Below, one piece after another: positions 13,945-25,694 of a DNA stretch of 64,000 bases. The notes under the pieces are model-generated. The model did not search any database. It worked only from the letters and a program-made list of their open reading frames with translations, and was not told the origin of the DNA. The DNA comes from Octopus vulgaris (lineage: Eukaryota). Made by a program: the position numbers and the translations under genes. How positions within the stretch are numbered: the stretch's first letter is position 1; every line of letters starts with the position of its first letter. The stretch spans positions 28,644,001-28,708,000 of the forward strand of contig OX597831.1 in the NCBI GenBank assembly GCA_951406725.2. The letters are read 5' to 3'.

Positions 13945-14150
13945 TTCTACTATAGGCATACAGTATGAAATATTGGGAGAGTGGGTAGGCTTAGTTTAGT
14001 ACATCGACCCCAGGGCCAAACTGGTGCATGTTTTAACGACCCCTAAAAGATGGAAGTCGAAGTCGATCTTGGCGGAATTTGTATTCAGAACGTAAAGGCA
14101 AAAGAAAAGCTGTCAAGCATTCCTCCGTTGCAGTAATAATTCTACCAGCT
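13945..14150 (-). mobile_element. Family C SINE, diverged
   Basis: ctttctactataggca...acatcgacccc...aagtcgatcttggcggaatttg. Confidence 0.7.
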
Positions 14151-14460
14151 GGATTCTAATATGGTTGTGATGCACCTGAATCACAACCGTATGTGCGTGA
14201 CATTTCACATCAAGATAAACAGTGCATGATCTTGAAATTGGGATCCAATCAGAATTTTCTTCAGGTCGAGTAGCCCATCTCGCTCAACAGGTTCCTAAAT
14301 AAAGGTTGTTTAAGGACGATGAACAAAACACCCAAGTTTCCAAAGGTGAATTATCCAAACCCCAAAGAATTCCTCTCAACACATGGCTGTGATGCTCCCC
14401 AGCTACTTCTGCTTGTGATCAGAGATGCACATATCATCAGCCACTAAGGGACATACTCAC

Positions 14461-14582
14461 AAGTCTTTGCTCGGCCCGAGGCTATAGTAGAAGACACTTG
14501 CCCAAGGTGCAACGCAGTGGGACTGAACCCGGAACCATGTGGTTGGTAAGGAAGCTATTTACCGCACAGCCACTCCTGCGCC
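14461..14582 (-). mobile_element. Family A SINE 5' fragment
   Basis: rc of the head: gggactgaacccggaaccatgtgg...cagccactcctgcgcc. Confidence 0.85.
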
Positions 14583-14655
<73 letters not shown>

Positions 14656-14865
14656 CACGTGTTTTAAATTCAGCTTCATAATACATATAATATTCTGGAA
14701 ATGTAAACGGTAATGAAACTACTTTGATGTCGTTCAATGTGTGTGTATGTGTGTCCTTTTAATACTCCTTCTCTATACCCTCGATAAATTGAACTAATTT
14801 TGAAAGGGATTTTTATAATATGCGTGTATCTTCTCTTTTCTCTCCCTATCTCTATCCATAAGTAC

Positions 14866-14896
<31 letters not shown>

Positions 14897-14916
14897 TGTA
14901 TGTATGTATGTATGTA

Positions 14917-14951
<35 letters not shown>

Positions 14952-15409
14952 ATGTATGTATAAAGATAACAATTTATGATGTGATTTAAATACAGTATGT
15001 TACCACTCGTATTTGTACCACATTATTATAAATACGGTCCATCGTATTTATGTCACATTAAACTCCTATCTTCTGATATGACACAATCAACCAAGTATAA
15101 TGTTGCTTATATTTAGGGTTCGGCGACATCGTAAGAAAATAAAAATAAAATTGAAACAATGTCAGAAAACGAATTATTGATAATTAAAATCCCTTAATTG
15201 TCCATTCGTTTCAATGATTTTACGTTCGTCAGATAAACATAATTCCATCATTTTAACTAATTGCATATACATGCTAATACATATATCAGGTTGCTTATAT
15301 AGCCGGGATTAGGCTTGTTTACATTATCACCCATTCAAGGTGCAAGATACGCTTCCTCGGGTTATTGTTTTAAATATGTCCTTCTTAAGATCCTGCTGTC
15401 ATTTCGCTT

Positions 15410-15720
15410 TCCTCCTGGTCTGGTTAACGATCTTCTGTATGCAGTAACTGGATAGAAAATAAACCTGGACAGCGGATTAATTCCAGAGAGACTATGTGTA
15501 CTCGGGAGAGAAAAGTGAGGCAGTTTCTTAGTACCGGGACAGTGATCGCGGATGTGAGGTAGTTAGTGTGTGAAGGACATCCAAGTCAGTCGGATGAGGC
15601 TAAATAGTGGTGGCATACTATGAGCCAATCCCGAGAAGGATAGAAGAGCTACAATGAGGGAGACAGGATGTCTAAGAGCTAGAATTTGAAGTGCATTGGC
15701 GAGTGACGCCATGCCAGTTA
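15410..15720 (-). mobile_element. Heavily decayed 3' end of a CR1/L2/Jockey-like LINE ORF2
   Basis: Manual minus-strand translation across frameshifts gives LALRH..SL..FY and F.LP.T..LWN-like pieces in the order seen at LINE ORF2 C-termini. Confidence 0.3.
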
Positions 15721-15739
15721 CGTTCTATTTTCTCTATTG

Positions 15740-16630
15740 TTTATATAGCTTTATTAAGAAACATTTCCCATGGCCCCATCAGACAAAATGGAAAAGGCAC
15801 TACTCCAGAGGATGGCGAGGGAGATGCGCTAGAATAGTCACTCTGACTCACAGGACTCGCGAATAGCCATTTCCGCCCTGATAACGGTGAGCAAGGGTAT
15901 GGTCCAGGGGCGAAGAACGCCGGAGGCCTCCAATACCACAGGCTCGACCATAAATCTGCCGGAAAGTGGTCCAGACCTTGATTTTTCTTTTTTCTCAGTC
16001 TGAGGAGCAGCGGAGCCTGGGTTGGTAGCTGAACACACAAAGTTTCTACTGGACAAGGTGTCACAGCATGTAGTATCCCAGCTGAGGATCCTACTTCCAC
16101 GGAACCGGTAAATTGTCACACCGTTCGGCCTTTTACCGTTTCGGTGTAGCCCTGCTGACTCAAGCTTGGAAGAGAAGCCTGCAGTTTCCAAGCCTTGCTT
16201 TATGCTTTCGTTAAGGGCAGTATGGCATAGAAGGCGGCCAGCACTATGAAGGCATGACAATGGGTGGATGCCAAAAGAATCCAAGGTGGATCTACAGAGG
16301 CGTTTGTGAGGCTCACAGATCTGGAAGCCAAGCTTCAAGGAAACATCGATGCGCAGACAGTTGCTATCAAGCTGAGTGGCAGTTGCGAATGATGGCACCG
16401 CATGGAGCCAAGCGCGGAGGCTGAACGGACACATGCCAGGCGGTGCTGGTCAAGTCGGTGCACTAGTTTGTCCGCGATCATACTAGATCAGACGGCGTCC
16501 AATTTCTTTTGAGTGAAACGGACGTTCACAGAGAGGAGAGGGGCTTGGACCTCAGCAGGGTGCAGGCCGAGCTGGATCCATGTCGCGTTGGGTGTCTCGC
16601 TTTCCCCAATCACAGATAGTTCAGTTATGC
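15740..16630 (-). pseudogene. CRE-clade non-LTR retrotransposon remnant: Zn-knuckle plus restriction-like (PD-D/ExK) endonuclease C-terminus
   Basis: ORF 15838..16434: AWL.AVP...L.LG..ICEPH..C...DSFG.HPLSC..SAGR..CH.ALN...LE.AGL..NGKRPNG.T......L.WD.TC.DT...G.AA...E..K......P..LE.SG; continues through stops as RISLAI; aataaa follows. The usual catalytic RPDG reads RPNG. Confidence 0.85.
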
Positions 16631-16667
16631 TGTGAAGAACGAATGTTAAAACTCTAAAGTATTTAGT

Positions 16668-16975
16668 GTGGAGGCACGTGGCCTAGTGTTTAGAGCAACG
16701 GACTCGCGTTCGAGGGATCGCGAGTTCGAATCTCAGTCCGGGCGATGTGTGTGTTTATGAGCGAAACACCTAAGCTCCACGCGGCTCCGGCAGAAGGTAT
16801 TGGCGAACTTCTGCTGACTCTTTCGCAACAACCTTCTCTCTCACTCTTTCCTCCTGCATCTTGCAGCTCACCTACGACAGACCGGCGTCCCCTTTAGGTG
16901 GGGAACCTATACGCCAAGGAAACCGGGAAACCAGCCCTAATGAGCCAGGCATGGCTCGAGAAGGAACAAGCAAAC
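16668..16975 (+). mobile_element. Family D tRNA-headed SINE with a 12-bp TSD
   Basis: ggaggcacgtggcctagtg..gagttcgaatctc head; direct repeat aaagtatttagt at 16656-16667 and 16976-16987. Confidence 0.9.
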
Positions 16976-17508
16976 AAAGTATTTAGTCGAGTGAGATACA
17001 ATTTCTGTTAAAATTTCTTATCATTCAATATGACATACATAACTTATACAACGTACCAGGCACTCAATATAAATACCACATAAATCATTCACTACATAAA
17101 TATATAATATGATAATGACACCATGCCACATTAAAAGTGTTCCATTTCTATGGTGATGAGAAGTGCGTTTACGTGTCTGCGTGCACATGTGTATTTGTGG
17201 CATTCATAGTTATTTCGAGACTCACGAAGAATAATTTATTATTATTACGCATCATTAACAAACGTTCGCGTTTGGATTATATATTACTCTGTTTTTTATG
17301 TTTTACTTATATTCTTTATAATATTAATGTAGAATATAGAATAAATAGTATAAATAATATATATATATATAGTAAAATGAAATGAAGTATTGATTATCTT
17401 ATTGGATAAATTAAATATTGAATATAAAATATCAAGGGGCTAACATACTTTCTTGCATTATCGCAGTCTTCAAGGTCTCAGGATGTGACAGGAGTGTTTC
17501 AACTGTCA

Positions 17509-17592
<84 letters not shown>

Positions 17593-17630
17593 GAGATGAA
17601 GTAATAAACAATTGACTTACGAACTTCATT

Positions 17631-17711
17631 GGCTTAGAGCTGTTTCAGCAATAAGATACACTGGAGTCGTAGTTGAGTGTCTGAGTAACACTTTAGAGCT
17701 TCATCGGAGAC
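17631..17711 (-). ncRNA. Degenerate type I hammerhead ribozyme candidate with long loop-II insert
   Basis: Minus strand: gtct-CCGATGA-agc-[insert with agacact/agtgt(a)tct hairpin]-gct-GAAA-cagctc-TA-agcc; stems I and III each carry one mismatch. Confidence 0.4.
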
Positions 17712-17739
17712 TACGCACATGCGTACACGCATATACGTA

Positions 17740-17916
17740 GTGGTTTCAAATTTTGACATTAGGCCAAACATTTCCGGAGTGGGGGCTATTCGATTACCTC
17801 GGCAGGACGAAAAAGAAAGTCGATCTCGGAGGAATCTGAATTCAGAATGTAAAGATGGACGAAATACCGCGAAGCATTCGGTTCGGCGCGGCAACGATTC
17901 GGCCATCTTGCCGCCT
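17740..17916 (-). mobile_element. Family C SINE
   Basis: ggtttcaaattttgac...aaagtcgatctcggaggaatctgaattcagaatgtaaag...ttgccgcctt. Confidence 0.75.
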
Positions 17917-17929
17917 TGCACACATAAGA

Positions 17930-17960
<31 letters not shown>

Positions 17961-18037
17961 TGTATGTATGTATGTATGTATGTATGTATGTATGTATGTA
18001 TGTATGTATGTATGTATATATATATATATATATATAT

Positions 18038-18110
<73 letters not shown>

Positions 18111-18409
18111 CAGATAGATATACATATAATATATATTCACAAGCACACACATATATACGTACACGCACACACCGTTACAAATACATACATCTATATGCAT
18201 ACGTATGTGTATGTGTGCGTGTGCGTTGGTTTCGGTATCCCTACGTAGATGTTACAACAAACACAAGCTCACATGCGTGTACCCTCACACGTTGTAACTT
18301 CGTAACTTATTATACACCAAACTATACACTTACCTATACATTCCACATCACGCATTCATGCCTTTCCGGCATTTCAAATCCATGAATAAACCAAACGTAT
18401 ACAACCCTC

Positions 18410-19100
18410 ATAGGCAGAGACGTGGCTGTCTGGTTGAAAAGCTTACTTTCCAGCCACGGGATTTCAGGTTCAGTCCCACTGTGTGGGACCTTGGATAAAT
18501 TACTTCTACTATAGCCCAGTAGGAGGCGCAATGGCCCAGTGGTTAGGGCAGCGGACTCGCTGTCGGAGGATCGCGGTTTCGATTCCCAGACTGGGCGTTG
18601 TGTGTGTTTATTGAGCGAAAACACTTAAAGTTCCACGAGGCTCCGGCAGGGGGTGGTGGCGACCTCTGTTGTACTCTTTCGCCACAACTTTCTCTCACTC
18701 TTTCTTCCTGTTTCTTGAGTAACGCTGCGATAGTCTGGCGTCCCGTCCAGCTGGGGGGAACACATACGCCATAGAAACCGGGCCCATGAGCCTGGCTAGG
18801 CTTGAAAAGGGCGCATATATAAATAAAATAGCCCCAGTCAGGACGACCAGCGCCTTACGTGTGAATTGGTAAACGGAAAATTTTGTCTGTGTTTGTGTGT
18901 GTGTGCGCGCGCGCTTGCCTCCCTACAACCGCTTGACATCCGGTATGGGTAAGTTTACCATCCAGTTATTTGGCGTTTCAGCAAAACAGAATAAGTACCA
19001 GACTTAATAAATAAGTACCGAGGTCGATTTGTTCGACTAAACTCAAGTCAAAGGAGTGTAAACCGCAGTCAAAGGAGTGTAACACAAAAGAAAGAAGATA
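18410..19100 (+). mobile_element. Diverged family A SINE interrupted by a family D SINE
   Basis: Head at 18410-18519 ends cttctactatagcccagt; the body resumes at ~18828 atagccccagt and runs to the tail near 19090. Confidence 0.75.
18520..18827 (+). mobile_element. Family D SINE nested in family A, with imperfect TSD atagccc(c)agt
   Basis: ggaggcgcaatggcccagtggttagggcagcggactcgc head; tail gggcccatgagcctggctaggcttgaaaagggcgc; closely matches the 62947 copy. Confidence 0.9.
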
Positions 19101-19618
19101 AACCATAGAAGATACCAACAATAATGAGACTAGTTTATTTGTTTCAGTCTATTCAATGAATATGTTAAAATCTATTTGAAACACAATGTCTTACGTCTGC
19201 CACTATCGTCTGCCCCAAAAGCAGACGACATCTCAATAAATTGTACTCTGTACACAGTGCAGTTGAATTAATTTACTCCCATATGAATATTTCATGAAAA
19301 AGTTTCTCGAATTCGATCGAGAAGAAATTTCAGGCATTTGTAATGTAAATAAAAATTAAAGAGCAAATGCTCTGATTAATTTAATTACGTATGTATGTAT
19401 ATATATAGTAACGTGGTCTGTACATGTGCATGATGCGTCACACGTCAAATGTCGAAGTGAATGCAGAGCAATAAGAAATGAAGTCATTCACTTAAAAACA
19501 CAACCCACCGCCCGGTCCGGAAATTGAAACCACGACCTTAAGTGTAACATCCTGATCACTAGGTTACGTACTTTCATAACATTCATACTGTTAAAGGATT
19601 ATTAATATGTGAGTGTGT

Positions 19619-19825
19619 TAAGGCGGCGAGCTTGCAGAATGGATGGCACGCCGGTAAAATGCTCAGCGGCATTTTATCCATTTTTACGTTCTGAGTTCAA
19701 TTTCCGCAGTGGTCGGCTTTTCCTCTCTGCGTTAATAAATTAAATACCAATTGAGCTCCGAGGTTGATGTAATCGGCTTAGTACCTACCCCGAAATTGCT
19801 GGCCTTGTGCTCAAACTTAAAACCA
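19619..19825 (+). mobile_element. Family C SINE
   Basis: aaggcggcgagcttgcagaat...ttacgttctgagttcaatttcc...ggccttgtgc. Confidence 0.8.
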
Positions 19826-20168
19826 GTATGTGTACAAGTGTGTCATTTATCACAATAAATACCCAGTTAAGTTTTGAACTGCGGTTGGAAATATATGAAC
19901 AATGCTATTTTAACTAGGTGTAACCGAACGAAGTCAGACCTCATTTCTTTGCTCAATTACAGAATCCACAATCGCAATCTGTTGCATAATTTATTTCTGA
20001 TCTTGGATATCAAAGAGAAACTTCCAAGAGTTTCGCTTCTCCCAAATGATTCCAACGCTAACAGCAAACATGATATCGCCATTACGTCACAGTTTGTTTA
20101 TCTGTTTCTCTGTCGCCTTAAATATTTACCTGCCTCCATTTTAAATATATTTTTATGCTTACTTTCAA

Positions 20169-20241
<73 letters not shown>

Positions 20242-20262
20242 TACATATATATATGTATATAG

Positions 20263-20300
<38 letters not shown>

Positions 20301-20328
20301 ATATATACATATGTATATATATATACAT

Positions 20329-20385
<57 letters not shown>

Positions 20386-20444
20386 GATTTATATATATAT
20401 ATGTATGTATATATATGTATATATATATATAAAGTATATAAATA

Positions 20445-20497
<53 letters not shown>

Positions 20498-21292
20498 GTA
20501 TATACTCATGCACACATGTATACACACCGTACGTGCGTGGATTTTGCATATTTATTTTTTGTGTTTGATTTATACATTTGTTTTGTGTGTTTTTTATATA
20601 TTCAGTCATGTGTTTTTTAAGTATGTTTGCATTTTATTTTTTTTTATTGATTTTTTTCTCTCATATATTTGCTGATGTCTTCTCGACTTATTTCTCATCG
20701 ATAAACATTTCTCTTTCTCTCACCCTTTCCCCACCCTCTCTCACTCTCTGTCGTTTTCACCCCTCTATTTACTACTCTCTCTCTCTCTCTCTCTCCTTAT
20801 CTGTCTTCTTATCTATCTATATGTGTTTGTGTGTGTATGTTTTATATGTGTATACTCATATGAATATGTATACATATATACATACATACATATGTATATA
20901 CATATATATATATATGTATATATATAAGCATACATAAAGTTATATATTTATTCATACACATATATATATACATACATACATATGCATATATATATTTGCA
21001 TATATACATATATATAAATACATATGCATACATATATGTATGTATATATATATATATACATACATAATTAATCAATATAGGGTGGCAAAAAAATTTTGTA
21101 GAATCTTATTGCCACCAGCGGCCTAGTGGGAAAAAATTAAATAGTCATAAACCATTTTTAAGTTCAGCATCACAATCAAGGAACGGCCATAATAGGCCAT
21201 TCACCCACTAGAAATAACACCCAAAAGCTTCAACCGCAAAATAACATCAATTCCGTAAACCAGGAGAAAATTAAAAAAACATTTACCCTGTA

Positions 21293-21399
21293 ATTTCTTA
21301 GACGATGCACCGTTTCGTCTACTGTTTAATGGTAAACTAACCTGATTAAATTAAATCAAGCCAATCTACCATAGGCCCTTAGATTCATCAGTAAGAAAT
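21293..21399 (-). ncRNA. Type I hammerhead ribozyme, array unit 1 (GUC triplet)
   Basis: Minus strand: AUUUCUUA-CUGAUGA-aUCUA-[long hairpin]-UAGAc-GAAA-CGGUGCAUCG-UC-UAAGAAAU; 8-bp stem I, self-complementary stem III. Confidence 0.85.
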
Positions 21400-21781
21400 A
21401 GCCAAGTCGGAACAGATATTTTTCACGAGGCATTCCCGTCCCTGCATCGGCAATATCTGACCTAAAATTTTCAAATCATCGCACTCGCGCCAAATTTATC
21501 GGCAGCAAATAAATATAAGCCGCCGATTCCATTACGGAATCAACCAGAAAATTCATAATTAATCAATATAGGGTGGCAAAAAAATTTTTTAGAATTTTTT
21601 GCCACCAGCGGCCTAGTGCGAAAAAATTAAATAGTCATAGACCATTTTTAAGTTCAACATCACAATCAAGGAACGGCCATAATAGGCCATTCACCCACTA
21701 GAAATAACAGCCAAAGCTTCAACCGCAAAATAACATCAATTCCGTAAACCAGGAGAAAATTAAAAAAACATTTACCCTGTA

Positions 21782-21888
21782 ATTTCTTATACGATGCACC
21801 GTTTCGTCTACTGTTTAATGGTAAACTAACCTGATTAAATTAAATCAAGCCAATCTACCATAGGCCCTTAGATTCATCAGTAAGAAAT
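21782..21888 (-). ncRNA. Type I hammerhead ribozyme, array unit 2 (GUA triplet)
   Basis: Same fold as unit 1; cleavage site reads ...CAUCGUA-UAAGAAAU. Confidence 0.85.
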
Positions 21889-22272
21889 AGCCAAGTCGGA
21901 ACAGATATTTTTCACGAGGCATTCCCGTCCCTGCATCGGCAATATCTGACCTAAAATTTTCAAATCATCGCACTCGCGCCAAATTTATCGGCAGCAAATA
22001 AATATAAGCCGCCGATTCCATTACGGAACTAACCAGAAAATTCATAATTAATCAATATAGGGTGGCAAAAAAATTTTGTAGAATCTTATTGCCACCAGCG
22101 GCATAGTGGGAAAAAATTAAATAGTCATAAACCATTTTTAAGTTCAACATCACAATCAAGGAACGGCCATAATAGGCCATTCACCCACTAGAAATAACAG
22201 CCAAAAGCTTCAACCGCAAAATAACATCAATTCCGTAAACCAGGAGAAAATTAAAAAAACATTTACCCTGTA

Positions 22273-22379
22273 ATTTCTTATACGATGCACCGTTTCGTCT
22301 ACTGTTTAATGGTAAACTAACCTGATTAAATTAAATCAAGCCAATCTACCATAGGCCCTTAGATTCATCAGTAAGAAAT
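22273..22379 (-). ncRNA. Type I hammerhead ribozyme, array unit 3 (GUA triplet)
   Basis: Same fold and core as unit 2. Confidence 0.85.
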
Positions 22380-22764
22380 AGCCAAGTCGGAACAGATATT
22401 TTTCACGAGGCATTCCCGTCCCTGCATCGGCAATATCTGACCTAAAATTTTCAAATCATCGCACTCGCGCCAAATTTATCGGCAGCAAATAAATATAAGC
22501 CGCCGATTCCATTACGGAACTAACCAGAAAATTCATAATTAATCAATATAGGGTGGCAAAAAAATTTTGTAGAATCTTATTGCCACCAGCGGCCTAGTGG
22601 GAAAAAATTAAATAGTCATAAACCATTTTTAAGTTCAACATCACAATCAAGGAACGGCCATAATAGGCCATTCACCCACTAGAAATAACAGCCAAAAGCT
22701 TCAACCGCAAAATAACATCAATTCCGTAAACCAGGAGAAAATTAAAAAAAACATTTACCCTGTA

Positions 22765-22870
22765 ATTTCTTATACGATGCACCGTTTCGTCTACTGTTTA
22801 ATGGTAAACTAACCTGATTAAATTAAATCAAGCCAATCTACCATAGGCCCTTAGATTCACAGTAAGAAAT
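22765..22870 (-). ncRNA. Hammerhead, array unit 4, with a 1-nt core deletion
   Basis: Plus strand reads ttcacag instead of ttcatcag, so the core is CUG-UGA instead of CUGAUGA. Confidence 0.7.
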
Positions 22871-23233
22871 AGCCAAGTCGGAACAGATATTTTTCACGAG
22901 GCATTCCCGTCCCTGCATCGGCAATATCTGACCTAAAATTTTCAAATCATCGCACTCGCGCCAAATTTATCGGCAGCAAATAAATATAAGCCGCCGATTC
23001 CATTACGGAACTAACCAGAAAATTCATAATTAATCAATATAGGGTGGCAAAAAAATTTTGTAGAATCTTATTGCCACCAGCGGCCTAGTGGGAAAAAATT
23101 AAATAGTCATAAACCATTTTTAAGTTCAACATCACAATCAAGGAACGGCCATAATAGGCCATTCACCCACTAGAAATAACAGCCAAAAGCTTCAACCGCA
23201 AAATAACATCAATTCCGTAAACCAGGAGAAAAT

Positions 23234-23321
23234 TTTAATTTAATCAGGTTAGTTTACCATTAAACAGTAGACGAAACGGTGCATCGTATAAGAAATTACC
23301 GGGTAAATGTTTTTTTAATTT
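23234..23321 (+). repeat. Inverted terminal segment of the array containing the 3' half of the hammerhead
   Basis: tttaatttaatcaggttag...gtagacgaaacggtgcatcgtataagaaattaccgggtaaatgtttttttaattt is the reverse complement (1 mismatch) of the 88 bp expected next in the unit. Confidence 0.95.
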
Positions 23322-23322
23322 A

Positions 23323-23358
<36 letters not shown>

Positions 23359-23698
23359 GTATGCACACGCACATACATATATGTACATATGTGTGTGTAG
23401 GATGTAAATATCTGTACACATATATGTATGTATTTGTGTCTATGTATGTATGTGTCATTCATCCTCTTTATTTCCTACACACACGCAATCTCACTCCTTT
23501 CATCCCCTCCTCCACCCCCACCTCTCTCTCTCTCTCTCTTTCTCTTTCTCTCTGTCTTTCTCTTTATCGATCTACCGTTTTCCTATCTTCTCTTTTCTCT
23601 TTGCCTTTCTCCATTTTCCTCTGTGTCTCTTGTTTCTCTTTCTCCATCAGGTTCTGCGTCAGACTTTCTCACAACACACTCTTACGCACACGCACGCA

Positions 23699-23799
<101 letters not shown>

Positions 23800-23818
23800 G
23801 CACACGCACACACACACG

Positions 23819-23883
<65 letters not shown>

Positions 23884-24365
23884 ATTCGTACAAAACACTC
23901 AGACAATAACTCCATTTCTTTATCCCCATTAGACTCCATATCCAATGTATTTCAAGTCAACATATGTTGCAATAAACGTGGAAGAGGAGGAGGTGGGCTA
24001 TTGTTTATATTCCTAAGCCAAGGGGGATTAAGGATGGATGATCTGTGATTTTAGTATCAGCAGACACCATGAACGGAGGAAGAGCGGAAGTTAATTCTAT
24101 AACTCGAAATATCTCTTGGAAATGTGAGCGACTTCATGTAAAACTGGTTAAAAGACTCCCCACTTGAGTATTTAAACGAAGAGCTCACACATATTCTTAA
24201 TATATCTCCTTTAACCATTATGCGAATATGTGTCTGTATATTAACTGTTGCTTATAAGGACCTTAGCTTTCCTTTTTCTTCCTCCTCTCTGCGTTTTACT
24301 TCTAGTCTAAATATATACACCAAGTGATTTTTGCATGCGGGTAATATTGCGTACATATGTATACA

Positions 24366-24762
24366 TAGGCGCAGGAGTGGCTGTGTGGTAAGTAGCTTGC
24401 TAACCAACCACATGGTTCCGGGTTCAGTCCCACTGCGTGGCACCTTTGGCAAGTGTCTTCTGCTATAGCCCCGGGCCGACCAATGCCTTGTGAGTGGATT
24501 TGGTAGACGGAAAGTGAAAGAAGCCCGTCGTATATATGTATATATATGTGTGTGTGCGTGTATGTTTGTGTGTCTGTGTCTGTCCCCCTAGCATTGTTTG
24601 ACAACCGATGCTGGTGTGTTTACGTCCCCGTCACTTAGCGGTTCGGCAAAAGAGACCGATAGAATAAGTCCCGGGGTCAAGTTGCTCGATTAAAGGCGGT
24701 GCTCCAGCATGGCCGCAGTCAAATGACTGAAACAAGTAAAAGAGTAAAAGAATAAAAGAGTA
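24366..24762 (+). mobile_element. Family A SINE, full length
   Basis: Consensus head taggcgcaggagtggctgtgtgg through the (gtaaaaga)n tail. Confidence 0.92.
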
Positions 24763-25134
24763 ATATGTATATGTGTATTTGTGTGTATATTTACGTCTTA
24801 CATATATATGTCTGCATATGTATGTGATCTGTGTATATCCATCTGTGTATTTTGATGTATATATGTATATTGATGGTTTTGTATGAATCGATTATGAATG
24901 TATTAATTGTATGAATCGAATTATATTTTATGTATTATTGACAATATTTATTTTGAATCTGCTCTTCGATTTAAGGTTTTCCTTGATTTTTTTTATAATA
25001 GGATGAATTTATATTGAATTCATTTATTTTGTTTATTTTGTTTATTGCATGCTTAAGACCGTTATTTGAAAGGACCAGTGAAACAAATCCATTCTTAACT
25101 AGTTTTGATCATATCGTTATTTCTGTTTCTATTT

Positions 25135-25189
25135 TAACAAAACTGTCCGACGAACGGGAACGTAAAACTCTGAGTAACAGCTTTTGTTA
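25135..25189 (+). ncRNA. Minimal type I hammerhead relic in a Penelope-like terminal repeat
   Basis: taacaaaactgt-CCGACGA-acg ggaa cgt-AAAA-ctctgag-TA-acag(c)ttttgtta: long stem I and near-palindromic stem III, but G12 appears mutated to A; followed by aataaa and (TA)n. Confidence 0.6.
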
Positions 25190-25259
25190 TATTTCTGCTG
25201 CTTTTAAATAAAGTATTATATATAAATGTAGATAGATAGATAGATAGATAGATAGATAT

Positions 25260-25331
<72 letters not shown>

Positions 25332-25449
25332 ACAGATAGACAGATATGCAGTATCAGCTAAGGGTCACTCACAAAATAAGTTGAATATGCTCCTGAAATG
25401 TCAAAGCCATGCCTTGTTTATCATGTGCATGATAAACAAAATGAATAAG

Positions 25450-25582
25450 GCTACCAATTTCGGGGGACGGGATAAGTTGATTATATCCACCCCAGTGCTC
25501 AACTGGTACTTATTTTATCGATTCCGAAAGGATGAAACGTAAGGTCGACCCCGGCGGATGTTGAGCTCAAAACGTAAAGACA
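25450..25582 (-). mobile_element. Family C SINE fragment
   Basis: ccccagtgctcaactggtacttattttatcgattccgaaaggatgaaacgtaaggtcgacc. Confidence 0.75.
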
Positions 25583-25694
25583 GTGAAAATAATTACCCTT
25601 GATCTTTTTCCCAGTATTATAGCTAAGCATGTGAATAGACACCCACCCACCCATCCATCCATCCACCCATCCATCCATCCATCTATCCATCCAT

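Larger units (their letters stand above)
21063..23234 (-). repeat. Tandem array of a ~491-bp unit (4 full copies plus ~210-bp partial), hammerhead-bearing, retrozyme-like
   Basis: Unit start cataattaatcaatatagggtggc at 21063, 21554, 22043, 22534 and 23025 (periods 491, 489, 491, 491); only a handful of differences between units; (TA)n-rich flanks on both sides. Confidence 0.97.

Noticed and set aside
21063-23234. Array as CRISPR, 5S rDNA, snRNA or histone repeat
   Set aside because: No short repeat/unique spacer pattern, no 5S or snRNA similarity that I recognise, and no supportable ORF; the hammerhead fold explains it better.
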